A program made the translations under genes and the position numbers. Source: an uncultured Candidatus Rokubacteria bacterium (GTDB lineage: Bacteria > Methylomirabilota > Methylomirabilia > Rokubacteriales > CSP1-6). Taken from it: DNA of 64,000 nucleotides. The first letter of the stretch is position 1. Each line of letters starts with the position of its first letter. Below, one piece after another: positions 1-13,988 of the stretch. The notes beneath the pieces are model-generated. The model ran no database searches. It saw nothing but the letters and a program-made list of their open reading frames with translations, and was not told where the DNA came from. Location of the stretch: the NCBI GenBank assembly GCA_963754315.1, contig CAVWFS010000011.1:128001-192000 (forward strand). The letters are read 5' to 3'.

Positions 1-84
1 TGTCCGTACCGAGACGCCGATATCCGGACGGGAGGCAAAGCAGCAGCCAGGCCGCCGACGTCCTGCTCGCGTTGACCCTTCCCG

Positions 85-357
85 TTAGACCGGATCGGTT
101 CCCGAGATCACGCCTACCCCGCTCGAGGCGCTGTTCCTGGGCGCCCGGAGCGATTGTTCGGCGTTACGAAGCGTCGAGCTGATGGCTGTCCTCAGCCTGA
201 CGAGGGCGCTACTCGTTGCTTCCTCCATGGTCCGAAGACCGTCCGCGAGCTGCTCACGGACCGGAGACATCTGACGATTCACGTAGCCGTTGATCTCATC
301 ATGACAGTAAAAGCCAGCGACTCCGCCGGCGACGATGCCTACCACGAATGTAAACAT
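85..357 (-). CDS. Small protein with N-terminal membrane anchor (YtxH-like architecture)
   Basis: AGGAGG RBS before ATG; hydrophobic Gly-rich N-terminus (FVVGIVAGGVAGFY) followed by a helical tail. Confidence 0.65.
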   Translation of the reverse strand: MFTFVVGIVAGGVAGFYCHDEINGYVNRQMSPVREQLADGLRTMEEATSSALVRLRTAISSTLRNAEQSLRAPRNSASSGVGVISGTDPV

Positions 358-388
358 CTGCCACCTCCTTCTTCTCGGCGCGGCCCGA

Positions 389-1075
389 TCATCGCGGCGC
401 GAGTCGATTGGCTGGTTGAGCCGCTTTCGCGCGCGCCGAGCGGCTCGAGATCTTCTTGGCCGTCACCATCGCTCCCTCTGCCTTCGGGGAACGCAGGGCG
501 ATCGAGCCAAGGGTGATCAGGCCGACGAGCTGATCGTTGTCGTCGACCACCGGTAGACGCCCAATCTGTTGCTCCGCCATGACCAGGAGAGCGCGCTCGA
601 GCATCCAGTTCGGACGGCCGAGGATCGGATCGCGCGTGGCGCAGTCCATCACACGCATGGGCGTGGGATCGATACCGTCCTTGGCGAGACCCCGGACAAC
701 GAGATCGCGGTCGGTGATCACACCGATGACCCGGCCGTCCTGGACAATCGGTAGCATGCCCACGTTCTCCTGCCACATTCGCTGTGCGACCTCGCCGATG
801 GTGGCGTCCGGATCCACGGTGTGAACGTCGGTCACCATCACGTCAGCCACACGGGGGTCGTCGTCGTGCGCGGAGGCGTTGGAGCGGCGGCCACGCAGGA
901 CGGCGGCGGCGACACCGGCCAGGGCTCCTGCCATGATCCACAACGGCGCGAACGCAAGCGGGCGCACCCCTGTCGGAGCCGACCGGCTCGTTTTGACGGC
1001 GGTCCCCAAGATACGGTGCCAGTATTCACTGTTTCGCATGGACTTCTTCATTGCTGTCGACCCCTTCGCGTTCAT
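389..1075 (-). CDS. CBS-domain pair protein with N-terminal hydrophobic anchor
   Basis: Motifs VADVM, GVITDRDL, IGRLPVVD, GLITLG; start codon uncertain. Confidence 0.85.
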   Translation of the reverse strand: MNAKGSTAMKKSMRNSEYWHRILGTAVKTSRSAPTGVRPLAFAPLWIMAGALAGVAAAVLRGRRSNASAHDDDPRVADVMVTDVHTVDPDATIGEVAQRMWQENVGMLPIVQDGRVIGVITDRDLVVRGLAKDGIDPTPMRVMDCATRDPILGRPNWMLERALLVMAEQQIGRLPVVDDNDQLVGLITLGSIALRSPKAEGAMVTAKKISSRSARAKAAQPANRLAPR

Positions 1076-1126
1076 ACAGTCCTGTTAGCCTCAATCGTCT
1101 CGAGAGGTCCCTCTGCAAGAGGACGT

Positions 1127-1141
1127 GCAAGGCGGGTGCCC
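1127..1141 (-). promoter_or_regulatory. sigma-54 -24/-12 promoter
   Basis: GGGCACCCGCCTTGC, oriented toward the CBS gene. Confidence 0.65.
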
Positions 1142-1196
1142 ACCAGGACCTACCGCTTGGATGCCACTACCCCTCGGACAGACCGACCGCGGATCG

Positions 1197-1247
1197 AGTC
1201 TGTACGTTGATCGGGAAGTCTGTACGTGATCGGGAAGTATGTACGTT
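1197..1247 (+). repeat. Short tandem repeat, about 2.6 copies of a 19-20 bp unit
   Basis: agtctgtacgttgatcggga / agtctgtacgtgatcggga / agtatgtacgtt. Confidence 0.85.
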
Positions 1248-1321
1248 CTTCAAAGTTTGCAAGGTGCTGCTCCTCACCTAGCCAGCGCGGCCGCCGGCAA
1301 CATTGAAGAGCGCTGTCGTAC

Positions 1322-1336
1322 TGGCACGCCAGTTGC
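1322..1336 (+). promoter_or_regulatory. sigma-54 -24/-12 promoter
   Basis: TGGCACGCCAGTTGC, consensus match upstream of the REC and ku genes. Confidence 0.8.
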
Positions 1337-1445
1337 CCAGGAGTAGAGCCACGAGCGATTGCGGATGGAGCGAAACAGTTCCTCGCCGAACAGAAGCTCG
1401 CGAACTCAATCGCGGGCTCGATGAGGCGCGGGAAAAGGAGAGCCT

Positions 1446-1856
1446 ATGACAGCGACGGCCGTGGCGAACCGCGAGAGCGAGGGCCCGCGCAGACGTATCC
1501 TCATCGTGGAGGAGGATTCCCACGCCAGGGAGTTGCTCCGCATGATGCTCGAGCAGGACCGCCATCGAGTTTTGGAGGCGGAGGACGGCGTCACCGGCGT
1601 GATGTCAGCGCTGGTGGACCAGCCGGAGATCGCGTTCGTCGGCGTGGATCTGCCCCAACTGGATGGCTACGAGGTCGCGCGGCGAATCCGGGCGAATCAG
1701 GATACGCAGCACATCTACCTGGTGGCGCTGACCGGGCGGGCGCGAGATCGTGTCCCGGCCCGCGAGGCGGGTTTCGACGAGTACGTGCTCAAGCCGATTG
1801 ATCCAGGCGACCTGATCACTATTCTGGCCGCGCGCCCAGCCCGCAGCGCGGCCTAG
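1446..1856 (+). CDS. Stand-alone response-regulator receiver domain (atypical)
   Basis: AAGGAG RBS; ILIVEED...LPQLDGYEVARRIR...ALTG...KP; the usual phosphoacceptor region reads FVGVDLP. Confidence 0.85.
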   Translation: MTATAVANRESEGPRRRILIVEEDSHARELLRMMLEQDRHRVLEAEDGVTGVMSALVDQPEIAFVGVDLPQLDGYEVARRIRANQDTQHIYLVALTGRARDRVPAREAGFDEYVLKPIDPGDLITILAARPARSAA

Positions 1857-1891
1857 CCGTACCGAACCTCGGAGAGAAAGGCGGAAGGTCC

Positions 1892-2728
1892 ATGGCGCGC
1901 GCGCTCTGGAAGGGCACCATCAGCTTCGGTTTGGTCACGATTCCTGTCGACTTGCACGCCGCGGTGGAGAGCCGGGAAGAAGTTTCGTTTCATCTTCTGC
2001 ATCGGAAGGACGGGAGCCGGATCGACTACAAGCGCTTCTGTGCGAAGGAAGACATCGAAGTTCCGTGGAAGGAGATCGTGAGGGGCTACGAATACGGCAA
2101 GGGCCATTACGTGCAACTTTCCGACGAGGACTTTGCCCGCGCGCGGGTGGAAGCAACCCACACCTTCGCCATCCGCGCCTTCGTGCCCGCCAAGGAGATC
2201 GACGGCCTCTATTTCGATCATCCGTACTACCTTGCCCCCTCCGGCAAGGCTGGGATCAAGGCCTATGCGCTGCTTCGCGATGCCCTCGAGGAAATGGGAC
2301 GAGTCGCCGTTGGCACGATTGTCCTGCGTCAGCGCGAGCATCTCGCCGCGGTGGAACCGGCAGGACGGGCGCTTGCTCTCACGACCATGCGCTTTGCCCA
2401 TGAGATTCGTAGCCCCGCGAGCTTCGGGGTATCCCCGGGCGGAGGGTACGCAAAGCAGGAGCTGGCGATGGCGAAGCAGCTCATCGAGACTCTGGCCACG
2501 GCCTGGGATCCTGCCGCCTACAAGGACACCTACACAGAGGTCTTGCGGCAGGTCATCAAGCAGAAGATCAGCGGGAAGCCACTCGCGCCGGGCCCTGTCA
2601 AGCGCCCAGCGCCCGTGACGGACCTGGCCGAGGCCCTCAAGCAGAGCCTGAAGAATCCCCGACAGCACCTGGTAGCTCTCGAAGGGGGTGGGCGCGAGCG
2701 ACGGAGGCGGCGCCGGCGCGCCGCCTGA
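1892..2728 (+). CDS. ku: Non-homologous end-joining protein Ku
   Basis: MARALWKGTISFGLVTIPV, IVRGYEY, YFDHPYYLAP, basic C-terminal tail. Confidence 0.96.
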   Translation: MARALWKGTISFGLVTIPVDLHAAVESREEVSFHLLHRKDGSRIDYKRFCAKEDIEVPWKEIVRGYEYGKGHYVQLSDEDFARARVEATHTFAIRAFVPAKEIDGLYFDHPYYLAPSGKAGIKAYALLRDALEEMGRVAVGTIVLRQREHLAAVEPAGRALALTTMRFAHEIRSPASFGVSPGGGYAKQELAMAKQLIETLATAWDPAAYKDTYTEVLRQVIKQKISGKPLAPGPVKRPAPVTDLAEALKQSLKNPRQHLVALEGGGRERRRRRRRAA

Positions 2729-2798
2729 CGTCCGCCCGCCGCGACTCTGGCGTTCGTCCCGCATTGCGCGCCTACGGGGCCGCCGGTCGCCACCAACT

Positions 2799-2813
2799 AG
2801 GCATCGTCGTTGC
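2799..2813 (+). promoter_or_regulatory. sigma-54 -24/-12 promoter
   Basis: AGGCATCGTCGTTGC(A), intergenic after ku. Confidence 0.65.
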
Positions 2814-2879
2814 ACTGCCGACTGCAGCGGCGACGGCATCTGCTTAGCTAATCTGAACTGATTCCCCTGGGAGGAATCG

Positions 2880-3083
2880 ATGCGAATCCGGAGCGGCAAG
2901 ACCAGCCGGCTCGTCAGGCAGGATCGACCTCGTCGAATCGATATCTTTATTGACTACTTTGGCGGCGGAGGGGGACTCTCGAAGCGACCGCCGCGGCAGT
3001 GCGCTGGGAGCCCTCGTGGCGTTACCGGATCGCGCAGTCCCGGACCAGGCATGGCGGTTGAGCGCTTGCCGAGGTCGACCTGA
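2880..3083 (+). CDS. Hypothetical small protein (67 aa)
   Basis: GGGAGG RBS before ATG, downstream of a sigma-54 motif; no recognisable domain. Confidence 0.4.
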   Translation: MRIRSGKTSRLVRQDRPRRIDIFIDYFGGGGGLSKRPPRQCAGSPRGVTGSRSPGPGMAVERLPRST

Positions 3084-3122
3084 GAGCCTCGGCAAAAACG
3101 GGTTTCCTTTGTAGAGCTTTCA

Positions 3123-5648
3123 ATGCGATTGGCCAGCATCTGGCGCCTGTGGCTCGTAGTCTGGTTGGCGGTCGCGCCGAGTCAGGCTGCTGCCGAGGAC
3201 GCATCTTCATCGGTGACCGCATATACCCCCACCGCAGAGGGCGTGATCGCGTCCCTGAACGATGTCCTGACATGGTATCGACAGGCGAAGGTCGTCTCGC
3301 AGGTAGTCAGCCATCCAAGTGGTGCCCAACTGGCACGCGATGGCGAGCAGCTGGCGCTCCAAGTCGTCGAGCGCGCGTTCGAGGCCGCACGGGCGTCGCT
3401 GCCACTGATCCCGAGAGAGGGCGCCCGTGAGGTTGGCCCGAGAGACCGGCGAACGAATCAGCGGGAAGATCTGACGGCTACCGTCCGACGTCGGGAAGAG
3501 GACGTCGCGCGCCTACGGGCGCGAGTGCGACCGGCGGCTGCCCGTGACAAGCCTGCTCTCGAGCGTGAACTGGCAACGGCCCGAAATCTGCTCGAGCTGG
3601 ATCGTGCCCGGCTGGACTTCGCAACCAAGCTCTCCGAGTCAGCGGCGACCCTCACTGAGGGTGACACGGATCTCGCTCGGCAGATCCAGGCACTGCAGGA
3701 TGCGGTACCTGGGCTGAAAGCGACGGCCGCGCAGCCGGGGCCGGCTCCGGTCGTCGAGGCGGATCCGGCTGGGACCTGGGGGCTGGTCCGGCGTCTGCTC
3801 GCCGTGCACCGCAGCCGGAGTAGCCTCGGTGCGCTGAAGAGCACGACTGCGGACCTGAAACAGAGTGTCGAAGGCCAAATCGGCGCGGTTCGTGGCGAGC
3901 TGCGTCCGATCATGAGCCGCCTGCGGGCTCTGGCCGAGAACCCCACCCTCTCGGGAGCTACCTTGGCCGAGGGCGAGCAGGAGTTCAAGGACTCGCTGCA
4001 GCGACGCAAGGCGCTGGTGGCGGTCATGTTGCCGCTTCGAGGGCAATTGACGCTTCTGCGCCAGTTCGCGGACGACCTCCAGGGGTGGGACCAGGTGCTT
4101 GATCGACAGTCGCGCCAGCTGCTCCAGGGTGTCGGGCTCGACTTCCTACGGGTCGGAATAGCTCTCCTGATCATCCTGATCGGGGCGCTGTTCTGGCGAG
4201 TGACGGTGCGACGTTACGTGTCGGATTCGTATCGCCAGCGGCTGCTGATGAGCACGCGGAACGTCGTGGTGCTGGTGGCGATCACCCTCGTCCTGATCTT
4301 TCACTTCACCAGCGAGCTGGCTACCCTCGTCACCGTGTTGGGCTTCGCCGCGGCGGGAATTGCGTTCGCCTTGCAAACGGTCATCCTCGCCCTCGCCGGC
4401 TATTTCTCGATGGTGGCGCCCAACGGCATTCGGGTGGGGGAGTACGTCGCTCTGCAAGGGCCTTTCGGATACGTGCACGGTGAAGTCGTCGATATCGGGT
4501 TCTTGAGGATGCGGTTGCGCGAGCTCGCCGGAGACTCCCTGCGGCCCACGGGGCGGGTGGTGGTCTTTCCTAACTCCGTGGTGTTCACCGGTGGTTTCTT
4601 CAAGCACCCAGGACCCCCCTCCACGACCGACCTGGCTCACACGCGAGATGATCGGACGCCGGGGGTCGGCCCCGAGCGCGGCGGCCAGGCCACTATGGTG
4701 AGTCTCGGACGGACGTTGAATATGTTTCGACTCTTGAAAGGCGCGTTGGTCAGCTGGAGCGAGGACAAGGCCCCACGTCTTGGCGCCGCGCTCGCGTACT
4801 ACGCGGCCTTCTCGATCGCGCCCTTGCTGGTCATTGCGATCGCCGTCGCCGGCCTCGTCTTCGGGGAAGCGGCCGCTCAGGGTCAGATAGTTGGGCAGGT
4901 GAGGGGGCTGATCGGCGACGAGGGTGGCGCCGCTCTGCAAAGCATGATCGAGATGGCGGGCCGCCGGCCCCAGACGGGGATTGCAGCGACCCTGATCGGA
5001 ATTGGCACCCTCCTCTTCGGCGCGTCGGGCGTGTTCGGGGAGCTCCAGGACTCATTGAATACCATATGGGGGGTGAAGCCACGCCCCGGCCGCGGGCTGG
5101 TCGGTTTTCTGAAGGACAGATTCCTTTCGTTCGCGATGGTGTTTGGTATTGCCTTTTTGCTGCTCGTCTCGCTGGTCATCAGCGCCGCCCTTGCCGCTCT
5201 CTCAGAGTTTGGGGGGACTCTCCTGGCAGAGGGCCCGGTCCAGGCGCTGAACTTCGTGGTCTCTTTTCTCGTGGTCACCCTGCTGTTCGCGGCCATCTTC
5301 AAGTTCCTGCCCGATATCCAGGTCGAGTGGCGAGATGTCTGGTTGGGGGCTGCGCTCACGTCGCTGCTTTTCAGCATCGGGAAGCTCGCGATCGGCTTTT
5401 ATCTGGGCAAGGCCAGCGTGGCCTCGGCCTTCGGCGCCGCCGGATCTCTCGTGATCATTCTCGTCTGGGTCTACTATTCGGCGCAGATACTCTTCCTCGG
5501 CGCGGAATTCACGAAGATGTACGCCAAGCTCTACGGAAGCGGGATCCGACCCGACCCGACCGCGATCGCGGTGACCGCGGAGGCCCGAGCTGAGCAAGGG
5601 CTGGCGCCAGTGACTGCGCCGACCCGTCCGGAACATGAGATGGGTTAG
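3123..5648 (+). CDS. MscS-family mechanosensitive channel (about 3123-4640) in frame with a YihY/BrkB-family membrane protein (about 4720-5648)
   Basis: Signal peptide, coiled coil, GFAAAGIAFALQ...IRVGEYV...GEVVDIG...VVFPNS; then KAPRLGAALAYYAAFSIAPLL...WVYYSAQILFLGAEF. Confidence 0.85.
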   Translation: MRLASIWRLWLVVWLAVAPSQAAAEDASSSVTAYTPTAEGVIASLNDVLTWYRQAKVVSQVVSHPSGAQLARDGEQLALQVVERAFEAARASLPLIPREGAREVGPRDRRTNQREDLTATVRRREEDVARLRARVRPAAARDKPALERELATARNLLELDRARLDFATKLSESAATLTEGDTDLARQIQALQDAVPGLKATAAQPGPAPVVEADPAGTWGLVRRLLAVHRSRSSLGALKSTTADLKQSVEGQIGAVRGELRPIMSRLRALAENPTLSGATLAEGEQEFKDSLQRRKALVAVMLPLRGQLTLLRQFADDLQGWDQVLDRQSRQLLQGVGLDFLRVGIALLIILIGALFWRVTVRRYVSDSYRQRLLMSTRNVVVLVAITLVLIFHFTSELATLVTVLGFAAAGIAFALQTVILALAGYFSMVAPNGIRVGEYVALQGPFGYVHGEVVDIGFLRMRLRELAGDSLRPTGRVVVFPNSVVFTGGFFKHPGPPSTTDLAHTRDDRTPGVGPERGGQATMVSLGRTLNMFRLLKGALVSWSEDKAPRLGAALAYYAAFSIAPLLVIAIAVAGLVFGEAAAQGQIVGQVRGLIGDEGGAALQSMIEMAGRRPQTGIAATLIGIGTLLFGASGVFGELQDSLNTIWGVKPRPGRGLVGFLKDRFLSFAMVFGIAFLLLVSLVISAALAALSEFGGTLLAEGPVQALNFVVSFLVVTLLFAAIFKFLPDIQVEWRDVWLGAALTSLLFSIGKLAIGFYLGKASVASAFGAAGSLVIILVWVYYSAQILFLGAEFTKMYAKLYGSGIRPDPTAIAVTAEARAEQGLAPVTAPTRPEHEMG

Positions 5649-6352
5649 ATCTTGGGGATCCGGATGGTCTTGCTGATCATCAGCGATCCGGAGAAGGCCC
5701 AGAGGAGGGTCAGCGGGTGAAGTGACCCTGGCCCCAGATCGATTGCCCCGAAGGGAAGGGCGTCGCCAACTCGTCCCCACCAGGCGAGGGCTGCCACCAG
5801 GGCGACCAAGATCAGGGTGGTGGGAATGGGGGTGCCCTCGAAGTATTTGACTTTCCCGCTCTCGGCGGAGAGCCGTTCGGCAGTGATGTTGAAGCGGGCC
5901 AGGCGGCTGACCCCACACGCCACGAAGTAGATCAGAATCACGGCATCCCACAGCCCTTGCATTCCGGCCCCGTACGCGATGACTGCAGGAGCAACGCCGA
6001 AGGAGATGACATCGGCTAGCGAGTCGAGCTCCCGCCCCATGGCGGAATGCTTGCCCAGCCGCCGCGCCACCCATCCATCCATCACGTCGAGGACCAGGGC
6101 ACTGGCGACGAGGACGCAAGCCGTGAGGAGGCGGGAGGGGTTCCGTGTTTCGACGTACGCCACCACGTGGAACAGGGCAATCATTCCGCAGGCCGCGTTG
6201 CCCAGCGTCAGAAAGTCCGCCAGGTGAAAGCCGCGGATCATCGAGAAGTGGCGGTCGGATTGAGCTCGCTGCACCGGAGAAAAGTCAGCTACGCGCCTCG
6301 GCGTCCGGAACGCGGCGGCAGCGCTGGCCTCCGCCTGACATCGTACCGTCAA
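5645..6352 (-). CDS. pssA: CDP-alcohol phosphatidyltransferase (phosphatidylserine synthase type)
   Basis: DVMDGWVAR...GRELDSLADVISFGVAP, RLARFN, FEGTPIP; start uncertain. Confidence 0.88.
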   Translation of the reverse strand: MTVRCQAEASAAAAFRTPRRVADFSPVQRAQSDRHFSMIRGFHLADFLTLGNAACGMIALFHVVAYVETRNPSRLLTACVLVASALVLDVMDGWVARRLGKHSAMGRELDSLADVISFGVAPAVIAYGAGMQGLWDAVILIYFVACGVSRLARFNITAERLSAESGKVKYFEGTPIPTTLILVALVAALAWWGRVGDALPFGAIDLGPGSLHPLTLLWAFSGSLMISKTIRIPKI

Positions 6353-6678
6353 CGTCAGGTTTCACGCCAGTGACAGGTTTTCAGTGTCAGGCGTGGGGAG
6401 GGTCGTCCCAGGTCCGATCCCAGCCATTGATGCTGGCGGTTTGAGCAATGCGTTTTTTTGCGCGCGGATCCAGTGGTGCGAACACACGCTCGTGCAAAGC
6501 GAGAATCTCGATGGTCTTCAGTTCCTCTGGCGACGCCAGCCTGTTGGCGAGTGATCGATGTGACATGGTTGCCCTCCTACGGTGTGCTCATGCAACTGCA
6601 AGGCCAAACCTCCCAGAGCGGACGATCGATTTTCTCCGGCGCTTTTCGAGGGGAGTCAGCACGGAGCAATGCCCTCGC

Positions 6679-6693
6679 TGGCTCGCATGTTGC
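6679..6693 (+). promoter_or_regulatory. sigma-54 -24/-12 promoter
   Basis: TGGCTCGCATGTTGC upstream of the 6732 small-protein operon. Confidence 0.65.
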
Positions 6694-6731
6694 CTTCCTC
6701 CCCAGAGGACGAAGGAGGAGGCGTCAGCACG

Positions 6732-6929
6732 ATGAGCACATGCGCGTCCTGTGGACAGCCCTTCGTGGACGAGAGTGGACTCTGCGCCCATCATCATTTT
6801 CATGCTCCAGATGGTTGGGCGGTCTCCAATCGCATCATGTGTGACTTCATTCACCGGAAGAGGATCCCGCTGAGGGTGAGCTTTGAGAGGCGCCCGGACG
6901 GAGTGTGGGCGCAGCTCGAGGCGGCCTGA
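6732..6929 (+). CDS. 65-aa Cys/His-rich putative metal-binding protein, paralog of 39049..39246
   Basis: AGGAGG RBS; CASC-x10-CxHH...WAVSNRIMCDFxHR; 37/65 ungapped identities to the paralog. Confidence 0.85.
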   Translation: MSTCASCGQPFVDESGLCAHHHFHAPDGWAVSNRIMCDFIHRKRIPLRVSFERRPDGVWAQLEAA

Positions 6930-6973
6930 TGCGGGAGTTCATGAGCGCAGGACTTCAAAAGGAGAAGCACGAG

Positions 6974-7222
6974 ATGAAGGTCAGCAAGCGTCAGAAGAAG
7001 GTGGCTGACACCGTCACGCGAGCGCACGAACCGAGGGTAAAGAAGCCTACAAAGGAAGCGAGCAAGCAAGCCGACGTTTTCCGACGCCCTCAGCGGAGTG
7101 ATGAGGAGGTCATCGGCCGGCCTGTTCAGCTCGACGACGAGAATCTGGGCCGGCCCGTCCAGCTGGAAGGCAACCCACTCGAGCAGCATGGCGGCCAGCA
7201 TCGTCGCCAGGCAGCACCCTGA
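6974..7222 (+). CDS. Small hydrophilic protein with duplicated GRPVQL[DE] motif
   Basis: AAGGAG RBS; Lys-rich N-terminus; alternative start at 6929. Confidence 0.6.
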   Translation: MKVSKRQKKVADTVTRAHEPRVKKPTKEASKQADVFRRPQRSDEEVIGRPVQLDDENLGRPVQLEGNPLEQHGGQHRRQAAP

Positions 7223-7230
7223 GGGAGAGG

Positions 7231-7446
7231 ATGAGCAAGGCACGTCAAACGGGGGACAGGAAGATCAGCAAGGTCATGCGTGAGTACAAGCACGGGACCC
7301 TGAAATCGTCCTCGGGTGCCAAGGTCCGCAAGCGCAAGCAGGCGGTGGCCATTGCGCTCAGCGAGGCACGCCGGAGCGGGGCCTCCGTACCGCCGAAGGC
7401 GCAATCCAAGCGGTCACGTCGGTCGCGCCGCCGCAAGGCCGCCTAA
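7231..7446 (+). CDS. DUF6496-family small basic protein
   Basis: KVMREYKHGTLKSSSG...KQAVAIALSEAR. Confidence 0.85.
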   Translation: MSKARQTGDRKISKVMREYKHGTLKSSSGAKVRKRKQAVAIALSEARRSGASVPPKAQSKRSRRSRRRKAA

Positions 7447-7460
7447 AGTTCTGGGTCGCA

Positions 7461-7493
7461 GGAGAGTTGCCCGCGTATTGGCGGGCACTCTCC
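7461..7493 (+). terminator. Stem-loop after the small-protein operon
   Basis: ggagagt(t)gcccgc-gtattg-gcgggcactctcc; weak U-tract. Confidence 0.5.
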
Positions 7494-7753
7494 TGTTCGC
7501 ACAGGGTCCGTTGGTCCGCCCTTTGCTGGCTCGTGGTTTCGAGTTTGACCCTACGACCGCCTACGACCGGATCCGCTCACCTAGCTACCGCGGGCGAGCC
7601 TGACCCAGTCCGCGGCTAAGTGTTCGTAAAAACAGTAAAAGCTGCGGCGGCCACGCGGCAACGGGAAGGCGACCGGGACGATGGCGCATCTGTGCCCCAC
7701 CCTCGTCATTTCTACAAAGCGTCGATCCCGGTTTCTAAATTTTTCAACGGAGC

Positions 7754-13984
<6,231 letters not shown>

Positions 13985-13988
13985 CATT

